Assembly: GCA_031459935.1 (NCBI GenBank)
Contig: JAVKHN010000001.1
Location: 23,388 to 87,387, forward strand
Length of the DNA stretch: 64,000 nt
Direction of reading: 5' to 3'
From: Candidatus Sysuimicrobium calidum
GTDB lineage: Bacteria > Sysuimicrobiota > Sysuimicrobiia > Sysuimicrobiales > Sysuimicrobiaceae
Shown: positions 48,132 to 59,723 of the stretch, piece by piece
Numbering within the stretch: position 1 is the stretch's first letter
Layout of the letters: each line of letters starts with the position of its first letter
Made by a program: the position numbers and the translations under genes
Notes under the pieces: model-generated
What the model was told of the DNA's origin: nothing
What the model saw: only the letters and a program-made list of their open reading frames with translations
Database searches by the model: none

Positions 48132-48716
48132 ATGACGCACGTGCTGCCGTTTCAGGGTCAGGTGAATTACGAGCTGGAGATCGCGGGGGCCCGGCGACGC
48201 CTCCCCCTCATCCAGGTGACGCCGGATACCTGGATTGCGTATTACTACAGCCTTGGGGACACGGAGGTGATCGACCGAGCGGCCCGGATGCTTGCGCCCC
48301 AGATGGAGAGCTGCGAGGTCCTTGTGACCACGGAGACGAAGGGGATTCCGCTCGCCCACGCCATCGCCACCTACCTCGGCCTGCGGCCATACGTGGTGTG
48401 TCGCAAGGAGATCCGTCCTTTCATGCTGTCGCCGCTGGTGGTCCGCTACAAGCCCATCACCGCGAAAACCGAGCAGGAGCTCTACCTGGACGGCCGGGAT
48501 GCCCTGAAGCTGCAGGGCCGGCGGGTGGGGCTCGTGGACGACATCGTGAGCACCGGGGAGACGCTGCGGGCCATGGAGGAGCTGGTGGAGCAGGCAGGAG
48601 GAGAGGTGGTGAAGCGGGCCGCGCTGCTGCTGGAGGGCTACTCCCGGGACGACATCTTCCACATGGGCATCCTCCCCGTCTTCAAACTGCAGGGGGAGGG
48701 ATCGGGACTCCGGTAG
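48132..48716 (+). CDS. Type I phosphoribosyltransferase (purine salvage Xpt/Apt-like)
   Basis: PRPP-binding motif VGLVDDIVSTGETL; layout resembles xanthine PRTase. About 194 aa; 3' end overlaps the convergent DUF92 gene. Confidence 0.6.
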   Translation: MTHVLPFQGQVNYELEIAGARRRLPLIQVTPDTWIAYYYSLGDTEVIDRAARMLAPQMESCEVLVTTETKGIPLAHAIATYLGLRPYVVCRKEIRPFMLSPLVVRYKPITAKTEQELYLDGRDALKLQGRRVGLVDDIVSTGETLRAMEELVEQAGGEVVKRAALLLEGYSRDDIFHMGILPVFKLQGEGSGLR

Positions 48717-49474
48717 GCCACCAGGGCCCCCAAGACGGTGGCGAGAAAGTTCACCCCGTCGTTGTCGAGGCCACCTAGCCCCGAGATCCGCTGCCCCCAC
48801 GCCCCACAGCCGCAGCGGCGTCCTTCCCCGATCTCGCCGCACCGCGGGCAGCGGTAACGAGCCTGCAGGGTGGCACCGAGGAGACTATCCAGGAGCATCC
48901 CGATGACACCCGCGCGGGCTGTGAGGCGGAGAGGTGCTGTCCCCGTTGCCCGGGCCACAAGCCCGCACACCGCCGCTCCGGCGGCTCCTGCCACGGTTCC
49001 GAGCAGGGTCACGCCCCCGGAGCTCCCGGGCGGGACCCGGGCGCCCGTGGTGAGGTGGCGGGGGGTGCCGCCGTACCGCACCCCGAGCTCCGTGGCCCAG
49101 GTGTCCGCGCACGCAGCGGCCACGGCTCCCGCGAAAGCCCGGGAGGCCATGGGCCATCGGCGGGACAGCCACGCGGCAAGCGCGGCCACGGCTCCGTTGG
49201 CGAGCACCTGCCGGCCCGTGCGGCCCGCCCGGTCCCGCCGGGAGCCCGGGAGGCGGGTCAGGAGGGTGGCGGAGGCGAAGAAGGTCAGGAGGACCGCCGA
49301 CCACCGCAGGCCGCCTGCCCGGAAGACTGCGGTCCCGATGCCCGCGGCCACCAGGGGTCCTGTTCCGCGCAGGGCCCTGGCCCCGCGGGCCAGAGCGGCC
49401 ACGGATCCGGAGAGGAGGAGTCCTGCAGGCCAGGATCCGCCTGGATCCCCGGGAGTCTTGACAGGCCGGGTCAC
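48638..49474 (-). CDS. Integral membrane protein, DUF92/TMEM19-like; start uncertain
   Basis: Multiple hydrophobic helices. The N-terminal 137 aa of the ORF-track ORF (to 49885) run antisense through the rrn promoter and 16S 5' end and are discarded. Candidate GTG start at 49474. Confidence 0.4.
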   Translation of the reverse strand: MTRPVKTPGDPGGSWPAGLLLSGSVAALARGARALRGTGPLVAAGIGTAVFRAGGLRWSAVLLTFFASATLLTRLPGSRRDRAGRTGRQVLANGAVAALAAWLSRRWPMASRAFAGAVAAACADTWATELGVRYGGTPRHLTTGARVPPGSSGGVTLLGTVAGAAGAAVCGLVARATGTAPLRLTARAGVIGMLLDSLLGATLQARYRCPRCGEIGEGRRCGCGAWGQRISGLGGLDNDGVNFLATVLGALVAYRSPDPSPCSLKTGRMPMWKMSSRE

Positions 49475-49485
49475 GTAGGTATGAT
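49458..49485 (+). promoter_or_regulatory. rRNA operon promoter P1 (TTGACA-N16-TATGAT)
   Basis: Near-consensus sigma70 hexamers about 280 nt upstream of the 16S 5' end. Confidence 0.45.
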
Positions 49486-49589
49486 AGGAGATGGCTGCCG
49501 GGGGTGCCGTGAGGGAGCCCGGGCAGAGCACCTTGACACTTCCTCCCTGAGTGATCCTCCCGCGATGCCTTTTGCGGGGGTGAAGTCGG

Positions 49590-49618
49590 TTGACAGGATG
49601 GGGGGAAGGTGTTAGGGT
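49590..49618 (+). promoter_or_regulatory. rRNA operon promoter P2 (TTGACA-N17-TAGGGT)
   Basis: Second consensus -35 with TAnnnT -10, about 150 nt upstream of the 16S gene. Confidence 0.4.
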
Positions 49619-49765
49619 TATAGATTGCCGGCCTCCAGGAGGGGGCCGGCCGTGAGAACCTTGAAAACCGAATAGTGGCAGGAACGACGCGGCCACCGAG
49701 AAAGGAATCCCCCGGGCAGTGCAGAGCTGCCCGAGGTGAGTCAGGGATCGAAACTTTCTGTACGG

Positions 49766-51323
<1,558 letters not shown>

Positions 51324-51725
51324 TTAAGGAGCATCATCCCGCCCGGTCCGGCATGATCGCCGGCCCCCGCGTGAGCGGGGTTCCAGCTCGGCCGCGGGCG
51401 GGTGCAGGCTGCGGCGGTTCCTGCCACTATCGGTTTCCAGGGTTCCGGAGGAGGTGGCCGACTACCACCTCCTCCGGTCTGTTGGTGAACCTTGACAACT
51501 GCATAGCGAGATCCGAGCGCTCCGAGAGACTGCTCCCGAGGTAGGGGGCCGTCAAGCTAGAACGGGCGCACGGTGGATGCCTTGGCGTCAGGAGCCGACG
51601 AAGGACGCTGCAGGCGGCGAAAGGTCCGGGGAGCTGCCAAGCAAGCTGTGATCCGGACGTCTCCGAATGGGGAAACCCGGCGGGGGTCATGCCCCGTCAC
51701 CCACCGCGGAATCCATGGGCGGTGG

Positions 51726-51766
<41 letters not shown>

Positions 51767-52090
51767 AAGGAAATCAACCGAGATTCCCCGAGTAGTGGCG
51801 AGCGAAAGGGGAAGAGCCCAAACCCCGCGGGTGCCAAGCCCGCAGGCGTTGCCCGCGGGGAGTTGTGGGACGCGGCCGGACCGGGCTGCGGACCGGTCGG
51901 GAAGTCAGAAATCCCCGCTCTAGTCGAACCGTCCTGGAACGGCGGGCCAGAGAGGGTGACAGCCCCGTAGGCGAAAGGGTGGGGACTTCCTGGGTCGCGG
52001 TCCCGAGTACCACGGGACACGTGGAATCCTGTGGGAAGCTGGGGGGACCACCCTCCAAGGCTAAATACTCCTGACGACCGATAGCGCACG

Positions 52091-52121
<31 letters not shown>

Positions 52122-53597
52122 GGGAGGGGAGTGAAATAGAACCTGAAACCGTGTGCCCACAAGCAGTCGGAGGGCTATGCCGATCCCGCAAGGGATCGGA
52201 AGGGCCTGACGGCGTGCCTATTGAAGAATGAGCCTGTGAGTTGCCGCGTGTGGCGAGCTTAAGTCCGGAAGGACGGAGGCGTAGGGAAACCGAGTCTGAA
52301 CAGGGCGCCGCTCCCGGAAGGGAGGGCGAGAGTGACCTCGCCAGTCGCACGCGGCAGACCCGAAACCGGGTGAGCTACCCATGGCCAGGGTGAAGCGCGG
52401 CTAACCCCGCGCGGAGGCCCGCACCCGTCGGTGTTGCAAAACCGTGGGATGAGCTGTGGGTAGGGGTGATATGCCAATCGAACCCGGAGATAGCTGGTTC
52501 TCCCCGAAATGCATTGAGGTGCAGCCTCGGCGCGAGCGTCACGGAGGTAGAGCACTGGATGGGCTAGGGCGGAAGAATCCGTACCGAACCCAACCAAACT
52601 CCGAATGCCGTGACGTGGTCGCCGGGAGTGAGACGGTGGGGGATAAGCTCCATCGTCGAGAGGGGAACAGCCCAGATCGCCGGCTAAGGTCCCTAAGTCC
52701 CAGCTAAGTGGGAAAGGAAGTGGCACCGCCCAGACAGCCGGGAGGTTGGCTTAGAAGCAGCCATCCTTTAAAGAGTGCGTAACAGCTCACCGGTCGAGTG
52801 GTGCTGCGCCGAAAACGTAACGGGGCTCAAGCTGGGCACCGAAGCCGCGGGTCCTGCCGGAGTGTCGCCTCCGGCAGGGCGGTAGGGGAGCGTTCCGCTG
52901 TAGGGTGAAGCCGGACCGTGAGGACCGGTGGACGAGGCGGAAGTGAGAATGCAGGCATGAGTAGCGAAAAGGCGGGTGAGAATCCCGCCCCCCGTAAGCC
53001 TAAGGGTTCTTACGGAAGGTTCGTCCGCGTAAGGTTAGGCGGGAGCTAAGGTGAGGCCGAAAGGCGTAGCCGATGCACAGCCGGTCGACATTCCGGCCCC
53101 ACTCAGGGATCGCTACGAGCCACGGAGGGACGCAGGAGGGTAGCCCTACCGGCGGCCGGAAGTGCCGGGCCAACCGGGTAGGCTGGGGTCCTAGGCAAAT
53201 CCGGGACCCCGTCAAGGCCGAGACGGGAGTGCGAGCGGGATTGAGACGCCCGCGAAGTGGGTGAGCCCACACTGCCAAGAAAAGCTTCGTGGCCAGATCC
53301 CTGGGTGCCCGTACCGCAAACCGACACAGGTAGGCAGGCACACAACGTGCCCAGGGGCGCGAGGGAACCCTCCTCAAGGAACTCGGCAAATTGGCCCCGT
53401 AACTTCGGGAGAAGGGGTGCCCCGGTAGGGTGAGGTGCCTCGCGCACCGAGCCCGAAGGGGTCGCAGGGAATCGGCCCAGGCGACTGTTTAACAAAAACA
53501 CAGGTCTCTGCTAAGCCGCAAGGCGATGTATAGGGGCCGACGCCTGCCCAGTGCCGGAAGGTAAAGGGGAGGGGTGAGGCCGCAAGGCGTAGCTCCA

Positions 53598-54432
<835 letters not shown>

Positions 54433-54693
54433 AGGCGTAACGACCTGGGCGCTGTCTCGAGGAGGGGCTCGGCGAAGGTGTACCACCCGTGAAGATACGG
54501 GTTACCCGCAGCTGGACGGAAAGACCCCGTGGAGCTTTACTGCAGCCTGATATTGGATGTGGTTTTGCCGTGTATAGGATAGGTGGGAGGCTGAGAAGCG
54601 GGGGCGCCAGCCTCCGTGGAGCCGCCCTTGGAATACCACCCTCGGTAAGGCTACGTCCTAACCGGGGCCCTACATCGGGTTCCGGGACAGTGT

Positions 54694-54731
<38 letters not shown>

Positions 54732-54886
54732 GGTAACGGAGGCGCCCAAAGGTCCCCTCAGCACGGTTGGAAACCGTGCGTTGAGTGCAAGGGCATAAGG
54801 GGGCTTGACTGCGAGACCCACAAGTCGAGCAGGGGCGAAAGCCGGGCCTAGTGATCCTCTGGCGGCAAGTGGAAGCGCCAGGGCTT

Positions 54887-54919
<33 letters not shown>

Positions 54920-54936
54920 GATCTCCCCCAAGAGTC

Positions 54937-54975
<39 letters not shown>

Positions 54976-54998
54976 CCCCATCCTGGGGGGGCAGTACC

Positions 54999-55029
<31 letters not shown>

Positions 55030-55037
55030 GGGTACGT

Positions 55038-55072
<35 letters not shown>

Positions 55073-55199
55073 CCTATCCACTGCGGGCGCAGGTGGCTTG
55101 AGGGGGGCTGCTCCTAGTACGAGAGGACCGGAGTGGACGCACCTCTGGTGTACCGGTTGTCGCGCCAGCGGCACGCGCCGGGTAGCCATGTGCGGTTGT

Positions 55200-55230
<31 letters not shown>

Positions 55231-55414
55231 ACGCCCCAAGATGAGGCCACCCACCGGGTCAACCGGGTAAGGCCCCAGGAAGACCACCTGGTAGATAGGC
55301 CGGAGGTGGAAGCGCGGCAACGCGTGAAGCCGACCGGTACTAATCGGCCGAGGGCTTGGCGGCCTCCTACCGCTGGAGCAGAGCCGGAGTGCCGGATCTC
55401 GCATGCAGTTGTCG

Positions 55415-55534
<120 letters not shown>

Positions 55535-55540
55535 CTGCCG

Positions 55541-55574
55541 GGAAGAAGATACGGAGCGGGAGCTTGCTCCCGCT
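55541..55574. terminator. Rho-independent terminator of the rrn operon; likely bidirectional for the convergent hxlR-like gene
   Basis: Perfect 13-bp stem ACGGAGCGGGAGC/GCTCCCGCTCCGT with a 2-nt loop, followed by TTTTTT. Confidence 0.75.
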
Positions 55575-55581
55575 CCGTTTT

Positions 55582-55899
55582 TTATCGCGTCTCCACCAGG
55601 TACCGGCGGGCCCAGCGATCGATGGCCTGGATGACGCCCCGCAGGGCCCGGCCCGCCCGCGTGAGCCGGTAACTGGTGCGGGGTGGTATGGTGGAGTGTA
55701 CCGTCTTGTGCACCAGTCCCAGGGCCACCAGGCGCTCCAGCCGGTGGGAGAGGGTGGCCGCATTGCACCCGCCGGCAGCGCGGCTGAGCTCATTGAAGCC
55801 CTTGGGACCCTCCAGGAGCGCCCGGACGATGTGCAGCACCCACTTCTCCTGCAGGAGTTCCATCGCCCGATGGACCGGACAGGGTCCTTCCTCTGGCAT
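55582..55899 (-). CDS. HxlR family (winged-helix) transcriptional regulator
   Basis: CPVHRAMELLQEKWVLHIVRAL...FNEL...LSHRLERLVALGLV. ATG at 55899 preferred over the ORF-track start at 55941. Confidence 0.75.
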   Translation of the reverse strand: MPEEGPCPVHRAMELLQEKWVLHIVRALLEGPKGFNELSRAAGGCNAATLSHRLERLVALGLVHKTVHSTIPPRTSYRLTRAGRALRGVIQAIDRWARRYLVETR

Positions 55900-55977
55900 G
55901 GCCCCTCGACCTCCCGGTTGTGTACCCCAAGCGCTTGACAATCCTAGGGTACTAAGTTTATTCTAGCGGTTGAATTC

Positions 55978-56367
55978 TTGGAGTACAACGGGAGGGGGTC
56001 CATGGAGGCGCTGTTCTGGCTGGGAAGGCTCCTGTATGGGGGTTTCTTCATCCTCAACGGTCTAAATCACTTCGTGCGTCTGGAGATGCTCTCCGGCTAT
56101 GCGCAGACCAAGAGGGTTCCGGCCTCCCGGGTGGCGGTGGTGGTCACCGGCCTCATGATCCTATTGGGCGGGCTTGCGGTGCTCACGGGCCTGTACGTGC
56201 AGGCGGGTCTCTGGTTGCTGGTGATCTTTCTCGTGTTCGTCTCCTTCTGGATGCACAACTTCTGGACCATCGAGGACCCCATGCAGAAGATGGTGGAGCA
56301 GGTGAACTTCCTGAAGAACATGGGACTGCTGGGCGCGGCCTTCCTTCTGCTCTACCTCTGGACGTAG
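55978..56367 (+). CDS. DoxX family membrane protein
   Basis: 129-aa protein with four hydrophobic helices and a DoxX-like LLGGLAVLTGL region. Divergent from the HxlR regulator; alternative start at 56002. Confidence 0.7.
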   Translation: MEYNGRGSMEALFWLGRLLYGGFFILNGLNHFVRLEMLSGYAQTKRVPASRVAVVVTGLMILLGGLAVLTGLYVQAGLWLLVIFLVFVSFWMHNFWTIEDPMQKMVEQVNFLKNMGLLGAAFLLLYLWT

Positions 56368-56623
56368 AAGCGGCAACGCGGCTAGCGGAACAGCTGCAGC
56401 AGGGGGATCCCCAGCATGGCGAAGGCCGCGCCCAGGGAGAGGCTGGCGGCAATCCGGTCCTCCTCGGGGACCTCCAGGGCACGCAGGGAAAAGGAGGTCA
56501 GACTCACGGTCCAGCTGAGCAGTACCAGGGCACCGACGAGGAAATCCTTCCCCATAATGTAGACCCTCCGCGAACTCCATGGCTCTGTTTGTACCACAGA
56601 GTCCGCGGAGGGTCCAGGGTGAA

Positions 56624-56977
56624 TTACCGCCGCGTGGCCAGCTCCCGCGGCAGAACCGAGAAGGCAAGCCAGGCGCACAGCACCACGGTGATCAGGCCGC
56701 CGAGCAGGGAGGTCCACATCTCCCCGGGCCGATCGGCGAACCCGAGCACCCACGGTGCGATCACGAACCAGACGCCCACCAGTCCGTTCACGTACTGGAT
56801 CCACAGCTTGCGCCGCGCCTCTTCGTTCAGGGCCGCCCAGCCGCCAAGGATCAGAAGGATCAGTCCGCCGATGATGCTAGTAACCATCTGCGCCTGCGCG
56901 GCCTGGAACCCGAGGACGAACGGCGCAATGATGAACCAGATCCCGATGAGCGCCACCACCCAGTTCGCCCAGGTCAT
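56624..56977 (-). CDS. SPW-repeat membrane protein
   Basis: 117 aa with two repeats IAPFVLGF / IAPWVLGF and W-rich helices. Confidence 0.6.
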   Translation of the reverse strand: MTWANWVVALIGIWFIIAPFVLGFQAAQAQMVTSIIGGLILLILGGWAALNEEARRKLWIQYVNGLVGVWFVIAPWVLGFADRPGEMWTSLLGGLITVVLCAWLAFSVLPRELATRR

Positions 56978-57056
56978 CGCTCCTCACCCCCTTTCTCTGC
57001 GGTTTCGGAGGGGTGTTCCCCTCCACCGTCAGCCTACAGGAGACCCGGGTCTCCTG

Positions 57057-58343
57057 TCAAGTGGAATTCCTTGACGGATGCGGGCTGCGGACCCCGAACC
57101 GCGCGGCCACGTACTGCTCCAGGAGAGCGAGGAACTCCTCGGCGATGCGGTCCCCACGGAGAGTGGCCAGCAGTTGCCCGTCCGCATACACGGGGGCCCG
57201 GGGCTCCTCGAAGGTACCGGGGAGGCTGATGCCGATGTGCGCGTGCCGGCTCTCCCCGGGGCCGTTCACCACGCATCCCATCACCGCCACTCGGAGCTCC
57301 TCCACCCCGGGGTACCGCTCCCTCCACTCGGGCATGCGATCCCGGATGTAGCTCTCGACCTGCTCCGCCAGCTCCCGGAAGAAGGAGCTGGCGGTGCGAC
57401 CGCAGCCCGGGCAGGCGGTCACCTGAGGCGCGAACGACCGGAGGCCCACGGACTGGAGGATCTGCTGGGCCACCCGCACCTCCTCCGTGCGGTCCCCCCC
57501 GGGAGGTGGGGTGAGGGACACCCGGATGGTGTCCCCGATCCCCTCGTACAGAAGCACGGCCAGGGCGGCTGCGGAGGCCACGACGCCTTTCGTCCCCATT
57601 CCCGCCTCCGTGAGGCCCACGTGCAGAGGGTGGTCGCATGCGGACGCTAGGCGCCGGTAGATCTCGATGAGGTCCGGTACGCTGCTGGTCTTCGCACTGA
57701 GCACGATGCGGTCGTGCGGCAGGCCGCACGCTTCCGCGAAGGCCGCGCTCCGCAGCGCGCTCTGCACCATGGCCTCCCGTACCACCTCCCGGGCATCTTT
57801 GGGGTGCGGGGAGCGGGCGTTCTGGTCCATGAGCTCCGTGAGGAGACGCTGGTCCAGCGACCCCCAGTTCACCCCGATGCGCACGGGTTTCCCGTGGTCC
57901 AGGGCCACCCGGAGGATGGTGCGGAAGTTCTCGTCGTGTCCCCCGGGACCCACATTGCCCGGGTTGACCCGGTACTTGTCCAGGGCCTGGGCACACTCCG
58001 GGAAGCGGGTGAGGAGAAGATGCCCGTTGTAGTGGAAGTCGCCCACGATGGGCACGGTAACCCCCTCGTCCCGCAGGCGCCGCACGATCTCGGGCACCGC
58101 CCGGGCCGCGGCCTCGTGGTTCACCGTGATCCGTACCAGTTCGCTGCCCGCCTCCACAAGCGCCCGCACCTGCGAGACCGTGGCTTCCACGTCCGCGGTG
58201 TCCGTGTCCGTCATGGACTGCACCGCGATAGGGGCCTCGCCTCCGATCCAGAGGGTGCCGATGCGCACCGGTACAGAGCGTCTCCGGAGGCGGGGAGGGG
58301 TCTTGAGGTGCGACAGCGAAGACATCCCGTACCAGGATACCAT
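57057..58343 (-). CDS. ispG: 4-hydroxy-3-methylbut-2-en-1-yl diphosphate synthase (flavodoxin)
   Basis: [15 protein letters not shown]-terminal motif, TIM-barrel region, C-terminal CPGCGR [4Fe-4S] cysteine motif. The ORF-track extension to 58631 is discarded; start taken as Met at 58343. Confidence 0.85.
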   Translation of the reverse strand: MVSWYGMSSLSHLKTPPRLRRRSVPVRIGTLWIGGEAPIAVQSMTDTDTADVEATVSQVRALVEAGSELVRITVNHEAAARAVPEIVRRLRDEGVTVPIVGDFHYNGHLLLTRFPECAQALDKYRVNPGNVGPGGHDENFRTILRVALDHGKPVRIGVNWGSLDQRLLTELMDQNARSPHPKDAREVVREAMVQSALRSAAFAEACGLPHDRIVLSAKTSSVPDLIEIYRRLASACDHPLHVGLTEAGMGTKGVVASAAALAVLLYEGIGDTIRVSLTPPPGGDRTEEVRVAQQILQSVGLRSFAPQVTACPGCGRTASSFFRELAEQVESYIRDRMPEWRERYPGVEELRVAVMGCVVNGPGESRHAHIGISLPGTFEEPRAPVYADGQLLATLRGDRIAEEFLALLEQYVAARFGVRSPHPSRNST

Positions 58344-58509
58344 GCGGGGAAATCTTATAAAGACGCCGGCGGCTGCCCTCTCCAAGTTAGGCCGGGCCAC
58401 TCCTTTCGGAGCGCCTCCTCCCATCTCAGAGCCGGACAACCGCCGGCACTCAAACGCTAGCATGACCGGGAGGGGTCTGCAATCGGGAACATCTGAGCGG
58501 AGGTGACAG

Positions 58510-59646
58510 ATGGCAGACATCGTGATCCTGGGAGCCGGATTCGGGGGGCTGAGCGCGATCCGGGAGCTGGTGCCCGCGGTCCGGGCGGGCCATCGGGTGG
58601 TGCTGGTGGATCGCAAGGATCGGTTCTTCATGGGGTTGCGGAAACTATGGGTGCTGTCTGGGCGGGGGGGCTATGAGGAGGGCTCCCGGCCTCTTGAGAA
58701 TGTCCGCAGGCACGGGGCCACCTGGGTTCAGGCGGACCTGGTGGAAATCGAGGTGGACCGGCGCAGGGTCCGTACCACCGGGGGGGAGCTCCCGTACGAT
58801 TTCCTGATCGTGGCCCTGGGCGCGGAGCTCCGGCCGGATCTGGTGCCCGGGTTCGAGCACGCCATCAACCTGTACGATGCGGCGGAGGTGGAGCGGCACG
58901 CTCCGGAGGTGATCCGCTTTTCGGGAGGCCGGCTCGTGGTGGGAATCTTCGGAGCTCCCTACAAGTGTCCCCCCGCTCCCTACGAAGCCGCCATGCTGCT
59001 GGAGGATCGGTTCCGACGGCTGGGCGTTCGCGACCGGGTGGAGCTGGTGGCCTTCACGCCGCAACCCGCCTCTCTCCCGGTTGTGGGGCCCGCGGGATGT
59101 GCGACGCTGGAGGGGTGGCTCGCAGAGCGGGGAATCCGGTTTTTGCCCGGTCGGAGGGCGCAGCGCGTCGAGCCCGGGCAGGTGGCCTTCGACGGGGAAG
59201 CGCTTCCATTTGATCTTCTCCTCGCGGTTCCGCCCCACCGTCCGCCCCGGGTGGTGGCGGAGAGCGGGCTTGCGCCAGACGGGGCATGGATCCGGCCGGA
59301 CCCGAAGACCCTCCGTACCTCCTTCGAGGGCGTGTACGCGGTAGGGGACGTGACGGAGATCCTCCTTCCCAACGGCATGCCCCTCCCCAAGGCCGGGGTG
59401 TTCGCGGAGGCCCAGGGACGGGTGGCGGCCCGGTGGATCCTCCACCACCTGGGTCTGGGACCGGAACCGGAGGGCTTCGATGGGTTCGGGTACTGCTTCA
59501 TCGAGGTGGGCGGTGGGAGGGCCGCGAAGGTGGTGGGACGGTTCCTGGAACAGCCGGCCCCCGTGGTGGAGATCGCCCCGCCGGAGGAGCGGACCCTCGC
59601 GGAGAAGGAGGCCTTTGAACGGGAGCGGCTGGAAGCCTGGCTGTAG
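58510..59646 (+). CDS. FAD-dependent pyridine nucleotide-disulfide oxidoreductase, sulfide:quinone oxidoreductase (SQR)-like
   Basis: [15 protein letters not shown]-binding motif; KCPPAPYE motif region reminiscent of SQR/NDH-2-related flavoproteins; 378 aa. Confidence 0.55.
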   Translation: MADIVILGAGFGGLSAIRELVPAVRAGHRVVLVDRKDRFFMGLRKLWVLSGRGGYEEGSRPLENVRRHGATWVQADLVEIEVDRRRVRTTGGELPYDFLIVALGAELRPDLVPGFEHAINLYDAAEVERHAPEVIRFSGGRLVVGIFGAPYKCPPAPYEAAMLLEDRFRRLGVRDRVELVAFTPQPASLPVVGPAGCATLEGWLAERGIRFLPGRRAQRVEPGQVAFDGEALPFDLLLAVPPHRPPRVVAESGLAPDGAWIRPDPKTLRTSFEGVYAVGDVTEILLPNGMPLPKAGVFAEAQGRVAARWILHHLGLGPEPEGFDGFGYCFIEVGGGRAAKVVGRFLEQPAPVVEIAPPEERTLAEKEAFERERLEAWL

Positions 59647-59723
59647 CACCCGGCCGGAAGGAGGTCTCTTATCCCCTGCCGAATGCATGCTCCCGGACAC
59701 TGTGCCACCAGGAGGGAGAAAGA

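Noticed and set aside
51324-51550. Looked for tRNA-Ile or tRNA-Ala genes in the 16S-23S spacer, and for tRNAs elsewhere.
   Set aside because: No acceptor or T-arm signatures (GGGCTATAGCTCAG, GGTTCGAATCC and the like) were found. The spacer appears tRNA-less; a tRNAscan run would confirm.
56382-56804. 140-aa minus-strand ORF overlapping the SPW-repeat gene in another frame.
   Set aside because: The first ~83 codons overlap the better-supported SPW gene. Only the last ~57 codons (56382-56555, small hydrophobic protein) might be real, and support is weak.
57057-58631. 96-aa N-terminal extension of the ispG ORF. Similar upstream extensions of ORF-track entries: 25223 (Mo subunit), 33595 (Amidohydro_3), 36259 (purA), 38058 (purB), 39038 (purC), 42876 (purF), 45361 (purN), 10543 (SDR), 8750 (GntR), 14641 (LivM), 27759 (VOC), 12038 (bicupin).
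   Set aside because: Homologous N-termini and RBS-preceded internal start codons show these are read-through artefacts from stop-poor upstream sequence. Many also overlap the preceding gene in another frame.
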